Assembly: GCA_963744305.1 (NCBI GenBank)
Contig: CAVUTF010000016.1
Location: 77,373-141,372 of the forward strand
Length of the DNA stretch: 64,000 nt
Source of the DNA: an uncultured Gammaproteobacteria bacterium
Lineage (GTDB): Bacteria; Pseudomonadota; Gammaproteobacteria; Steroidobacterales; Rariloculaceae
Reading direction: 5' to 3'
In this document: positions 60,139 through 64,000 of the stretch, piece after piece
Layout of the letters: every line of letters starts with the position of its first letter
Numbering within the stretch: the stretch's first letter is position 1
Position numbers and translations under genes: made by a program
The notes under the pieces: model-generated
Told to the model about the DNA's origin: nothing
Database searches by the model: none
Seen by the model: the letters and a program-made list of their open reading frames with translations, nothing else

Positions 60139-61478
60139 AGAACCATACCAAGCACTTGGCGGCTGCTACGTTGCTCGTCGCCATGGGTGTTTTTGCGGCG
60201 CACGTCGAGGCGCAGAACACGGTCATCGAGTGGAATCAGCTCGCGGGCCAGTTCGTCGCTGGTCCGCCGCAGTCGCAACTTCGACAGTACGCGATCATCC
60301 ACGTTGCGATGGCAGATGCGGTCGTTGCGATCGAAGGGCGCTACGAGGCGTTCAAGGTCGGTTTGACTGCGCCGCGCAGCGCCTCGGCGAACGCGGCGGC
60401 TGCCCAAGCGGCTCACGATGTGCTGGCCGCGTTTCTTGCTGCCGGTACGCCGGGCAGAACGGCGATCGATGCCAAGCTCGCGGCGGACCTCGCCACGATC
60501 CCACCGGATCAGAGGGCTCTCGGCGTGGAGGTCGGCGGCAGACATCGCCGCAATCGGTCCTCGCCTGGCGCGCAACCGATGGCTTCGCGGAGCGCCAATC
60601 CGCTTCCTCCGGCATTCCCGCCGGCACTCCTGCCGTCGGTGTTGCCGGGAATTTGGGTGCCCACGGCATCAGGTCCGGCGCAGTTATCAAAGCTGGGCGA
60701 CGTCGAGCCGTTCGCCGTGCTCTCGTCGACGCAATTCCTGCCGGACCCGCCGCCGCAGCTCGAGAGCGCCGAGTACGCAGCGGACGTCAACGAGGTCAAG
60801 AACGAGGGGGAAAGGCCTGTTCCTTACCCCACCTCCTGCGATGACCCATCGATAGTGGGCAGGCAGAGGATTGCGCTCGTGTGGGCTGCCACACCACCCT
60901 GCGGAAGCGTAACGACCGCCTTCCGCGTGTGGCATAACGTCGCGCGCGACATGGCCCAGGAAGACCGGCTGTCCTTGGTTGAGACGGCGCGGCTCTTCGC
61001 GTTGCTAACCACATCGCAGTTCGACAGCGTTCAAACCTCACAGAACAGCAAGTTCGTCTATCGCCTGTGGCGTCCCGAGACGGCCATCGCGAATGCGGGC
61101 GCCGTCGGCAGCGACCCGGACTACGATGACAATCCTCTCACCGACGGGCAGCCCGGTTGGGTACCGCTGCTCGTGACGCCGCCCTATCCGGCGTACTCGA
61201 GCAACATGCAGTGCATCGGCGCCGGCGGGGCGGGCATACTGCGCAACTTTTTCGGCGACAACAGGCCCTTCAAGGCGACGTGGTACTTGAACAATACGGC
61301 GACGTCACCGGTCGTGCGCGCGGAGAACTACCCAAGCTTCACGGACCTCGAAGTCGAAGAGGGTAACAGTCGAGTCTGGGGCGGCATCCACTTCCGGTTC
61401 GATCTCACGGAAAGCATTGAGAGCTGCAATGCAGTCGCGGACTACATCTTCGACAACAAGATGCAGCCGGCAATCTAG
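60135..61478 (+). CDS. Exported vanadium-dependent haloperoxidase / PAP2-superfamily protein 2 (compensating indels near 60540-60590)
   Basis: RBS GGAGG; KFVYRLWRP, TPPYPAYSSNM, SRVWGGIHFR. Confidence 0.85.
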   Translation: MKNHTKHLAAATLLVAMGVFAAHVEAQNTVIEWNQLAGQFVAGPPQSQLRQYAIIHVAMADAVVAIEGRYEAFKVGLTAPRSASANAAAAQAAHDVLAAFLAAGTPGRTAIDAKLAADLATIPPDQRALGVEVGGRHRRNRSSPGAQPMASRSANPLPPAFPPALLPSVLPGIWVPTASGPAQLSKLGDVEPFAVLSSTQFLPDPPPQLESAEYAADVNEVKNEGERPVPYPTSCDDPSIVGRQRIALVWAATPPCGSVTTAFRVWHNVARDMAQEDRLSLVETARLFALLTTSQFDSVQTSQNSKFVYRLWRPETAIANAGAVGSDPDYDDNPLTDGQPGWVPLLVTPPYPAYSSNMQCIGAGGAGILRNFFGDNRPFKATWYLNNTATSPVVRAENYPSFTDLEVEEGNSRVWGGIHFRFDLTESIESCNAVADYIFDNKMQPAI

Positions 61479-61617
61479 CTCGCGATACGCCTCTCTCGTC
61501 GCAGCCGCGGACAGCCCTTGGGCTTCCGCGGCTGCGTGTAGGCTCGGCGCCATGTCCGCCGACTTCGCCAAAAGGGCGACGTACGTGCGAGGCATCCCGT
61601 TCCGAGATCGTCAACCC

Positions 61618-61745
61618 GAGGTCGTCGAAGCCCGCATCTTGCTCGGCATTCATTTCCGCTTCCCGGACACGGAGGGGCGCAAGTTGGGCGCCCGCGTGGC
61701 TTTCTGAACGTCACAACATTGCTGCGGCCGCTGCGCCATGACGGC
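61618..61745 (+). pseudogene. 3' remnant of a haloperoxidase-1-type gene
   Basis: EVVEARILLGIHFRFPDTEGRKLGARVAF*, matching about 58465..58590. Confidence 0.8.
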
Positions 61746-61774
61746 TTCGGCGGCAAACACGACAGAGGCGCGAA

Positions 61775-61797
61775 GGGGCGGGCGTTTCGCCTGCCCC
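61775..61797. terminator. Hairpin paralogous to 58617..58637
   Basis: ggggcgggcg-ttt-cgcctgcccc. Confidence 0.55.
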
Positions 61798-61860
61798 ATC
61801 GCTAATCGACGACGTAGCTGAGTCACGCCTCAGTTGCGGAAGGCTACACCGCGCGCGTGC

Positions 61861-62847
61861 TCAATTCTGATACCCGGGTTTGCAATTGTAAGGTTCCGGA
61901 TCCCACGGGCTGCGCACGAACAGCTCTTTCTGGGTGAACGCTTTCTTGAAATAGGCCGGGTCGTCGATGACCCAGGTTATCTCGAGCTCGCCGGCCGCAT
62001 TCACCTCGAGCCGCTCCATGAGCTTTAAATCCTGCGTATGCATGACTCCGAAGCGGGGCTCGAGAGTCGCCGAAACGAAGTAGTCGGTCGTCACGACCAA
62101 TACCGCGCCTTCGAAGTGTCCGCGTGAATAGCCCATCGTGCCGCGTGCGAAGTCCGCGGGGCGCGGCGCGTCGTCGAGGTACACGATGCGCTGCGTGTCC
62201 ATGAAACGATGAACGATCACGACGCGATCTTGCTCGCGCCGGATCTCGAACGGCTCGTTCACGTTCACCCAGAAACGCACGGGGCTTGCAGGATCGCAGT
62301 AGATTGCCGGATCGTCCTTGATCGGATCGAACGCCGCACGGGCGCGCTCACCCGCCTCGGTGAGCGCGCCGTCGTATCGCGAGACGGCGAACCGCTTCAT
62401 CGTCCAGATGCCGATGATCGAGCCGCGCTCGGCGGGAAGCTCGCGGCCGGAGGCCACCGTTGGGGCGAACAGCGTCGTGCTATCGAGCACGCTGCCGTCC
62501 GCGAAGTGCGCCATGCGCAGCGCGCAGCCGGTCGGATTGTGGCGCGCGGCAACGCCGTCGATCGTGATCGGGTCGCCCGGTTTGAATGTGTCCTGTCTCA
62601 GCCCATTGCGCGACAGCACGCTGCGCGATGCCATTTCGCAGTTCCATACTTGTTTCTGGCCGCCGGCGTCCAAGGTCTCGATGTAGACGAATGAGTGTGG
62701 ATTGATGAACTCGAACTTCGAGACGATGCCCTCGATCTTGACGGGTTTGCTCGTGTCGTAATGCGGCGCAACGCCGTGGTGGGCGAAGCAAGTCGCGCTC
62801 AATACTAGACCGATCAGTGCGATTCGACTCTGTGCGGCGGCATGCAT
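61861..62847 (-). CDS. Exported DUF6152 domain fused to a two-Cys partner domain
   Basis: Signal peptide then HHG, FINPHS, WNCE; YCDP, GYSRGHFEGAVLVV, YNC. Confidence 0.78.
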   Translation of the reverse strand: MHAAAQSRIALIGLVLSATCFAHHGVAPHYDTSKPVKIEGIVSKFEFINPHSFVYIETLDAGGQKQVWNCEMASRSVLSRNGLRQDTFKPGDPITIDGVAARHNPTGCALRMAHFADGSVLDSTTLFAPTVASGRELPAERGSIIGIWTMKRFAVSRYDGALTEAGERARAAFDPIKDDPAIYCDPASPVRFWVNVNEPFEIRREQDRVVIVHRFMDTQRIVYLDDAPRPADFARGTMGYSRGHFEGAVLVVTTDYFVSATLEPRFGVMHTQDLKLMERLEVNAAGELEITWVIDDPAYFKKAFTQKELFVRSPWDPEPYNCKPGYQN

Positions 62848-62993
62848 CGCGCGCTCCCGTGGGCCCGGCAGGGCACATCTGCCGGCCGTTTCCGCGGAGT
62901 ATGACGCAGCCGGAAACCGCTGGGTATCCGATGCCTTTGAACGGCACCGGCGCTCCTGCTACCGTTGCTCGAAGACCTTCGGAGGCTGGAAAA

Positions 62994-64000
62994 ATGACCG
63001 CGAACCGATTCTGCGTGCCCGGGCTCCTGATCACGTCGTTTGCATTCACGCCGGTCTGGGCTCAACGCATCGGCGAGGGTCCCGGAGCTCCTCCGTCGGC
63101 GCTGCGCTCCGTTCCCGCCGAGACAATTGCAGCCGCCGTGAAGGACCCAAAGTGGCGCGCGCCACGTACTACTTGGGGCCATCCGAGCCTCGAGGGAGTC
63201 TGGAGCGTCGACGACATGCGCGGGATCCCACGCGACCGGCCTGAGAGCTTCGGCTCCCGCGACACGCTGACTCCGGAGGAGTTCTTCGAGCGGGCGAGCA
63301 TGCAGCAGGGCGGCAAGAATCGGGCTGCGGAGACGGAGACTTTCCTGCGTAACGAGTGGGGCACTCGCACCTTCGGCTTCGCTTCACTCGTGGTCGATCC
63401 GCCGAACGGCAGGGTTCCCGAGATGACCGCGGCTGGCAAAGCGCGTGCAGCGGCCGTCGGCAACCAAGGCACGTTCAGCGACACCACGTTCGACACGTTC
63501 GAGGACTTCAGCCTCTACGACCGCTGCATTACGCGCGGCATCTTCGGTTCCGTCCTGCCGTCGATCTACGGCAACGGCATCCGGATCGCGCAAAGTCCGA
63601 CGACGGTGTCGATCACCTACGAAATGATCCACGACACACGGATCGTTCAACTCGACGGGCGCCCGCACGTGACCGACGACGTCCGACCAGTACATGGGGA
63701 ACGCGCGCGGCCGTTGGGAGGGCGATACGTTGGTCGTCGAGACGACAAACTTCACGGACAAGACGAGCGTCGGCGCGCGGGGTCCGCACAGCGACAAGCT
63801 CAAAGTGACGGAACGCTATCGGCGCGTAGACCCGGAGATGATCGAATACCGTGCGACGATCGACGATCCCGAGACGTACACCGCGCCGTTCACTTACCGC
63901 GTGATGTTTACCACTCAGCCGAACTACGAGGTGTACGAATACTCGTGCCACGAGGGCAACAGTGCCGTCGCCGGCGGCCTCTCGGGCGAGCGCGCCTACG
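62994..64000 (+). CDS. Exported two-Cys partner-domain protein, long form (frameshift near 63690; runs off the window end)
   Basis: RBS GGAGG; PRTTWGHPSLEGVW, DRCITRG, YEMIHDTR, GRWEGDTLVVET, EYSCHEGN; not called in the ORF track. Confidence 0.75.
   Translation, partial: MTANRFCVPGLLITSFAFTPVWAQRIGEGPGAPPSALRSVPAETIAAAVKDPKWRAPRTTWGHPSLEGVWSVDDMRGIPRDRPESFGSRDTLTPEEFFERASMQQGGKNRAAETETFLRNEWGTRTFGFASLVVDPPNGRVPEMTAAGKARAAAVGNQGTFSDTTFDTFEDFSLYDRCITRGIFGSVLPSIYGNGIRIAQSPTTVSITYEMIHDTRIVQLDGRPHVTDDVRPVHGERARPLGGRYVGRRDDKLHGQDERRRAGSAQRQAQSDGTLSARRPGDDRIPCDDRRSRDVHRAVHLPRDVYHSAELRGVRILVPRGQQCRRRRPLGRARL

Overview
High-GC bacterial chromosomal window, probably from a Gammaproteobacterium (inferred from fused rlmKL, lpxL, recQ, arfB, tatC and an OprO/P-type porin). 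It carries many single-base indels typical of an unpolished long-read assembly, densest at about 6-12.4 kb and 45-47.6 kb. Most genes encode exported or periplasmic proteins: a cytochrome c plus PQQ dehydrogenase pair, a Planctomycete-type cytochrome/DUF1552/ankyrin module, IorAB-like molybdoenzyme, metallo-beta-lactamase-fold proteins, tannase, NHL/PAL, LemA-TPM, a MoxR/DUF58 module and two vanadium-haloperoxidase-like genes. I saw no rRNA, tRNA, CRISPR array or transposase. Main highlights: (1) a hidden double-glycine-leader, glycine-zipper bacteriocin-like peptide with a small two-TM partner, next to a beta-lactamase-fold protein whose SxxK reads CxxK; (2) a duplicated, structurally conserved ~200-nt 5' leader with promoter and 11-bp repeats ahead of both haloperoxidase genes, inside a mosaic duplicated block; (3) six loci of a DUF6152 + two-Cys partner-domain module, occurring fused and split, with a predicted N-terminal His-His metal site; (4) promoter plus signal-peptide cassettes shared by unrelated genes, a 12-bp REP-like element, and Pho-box-like repeats.
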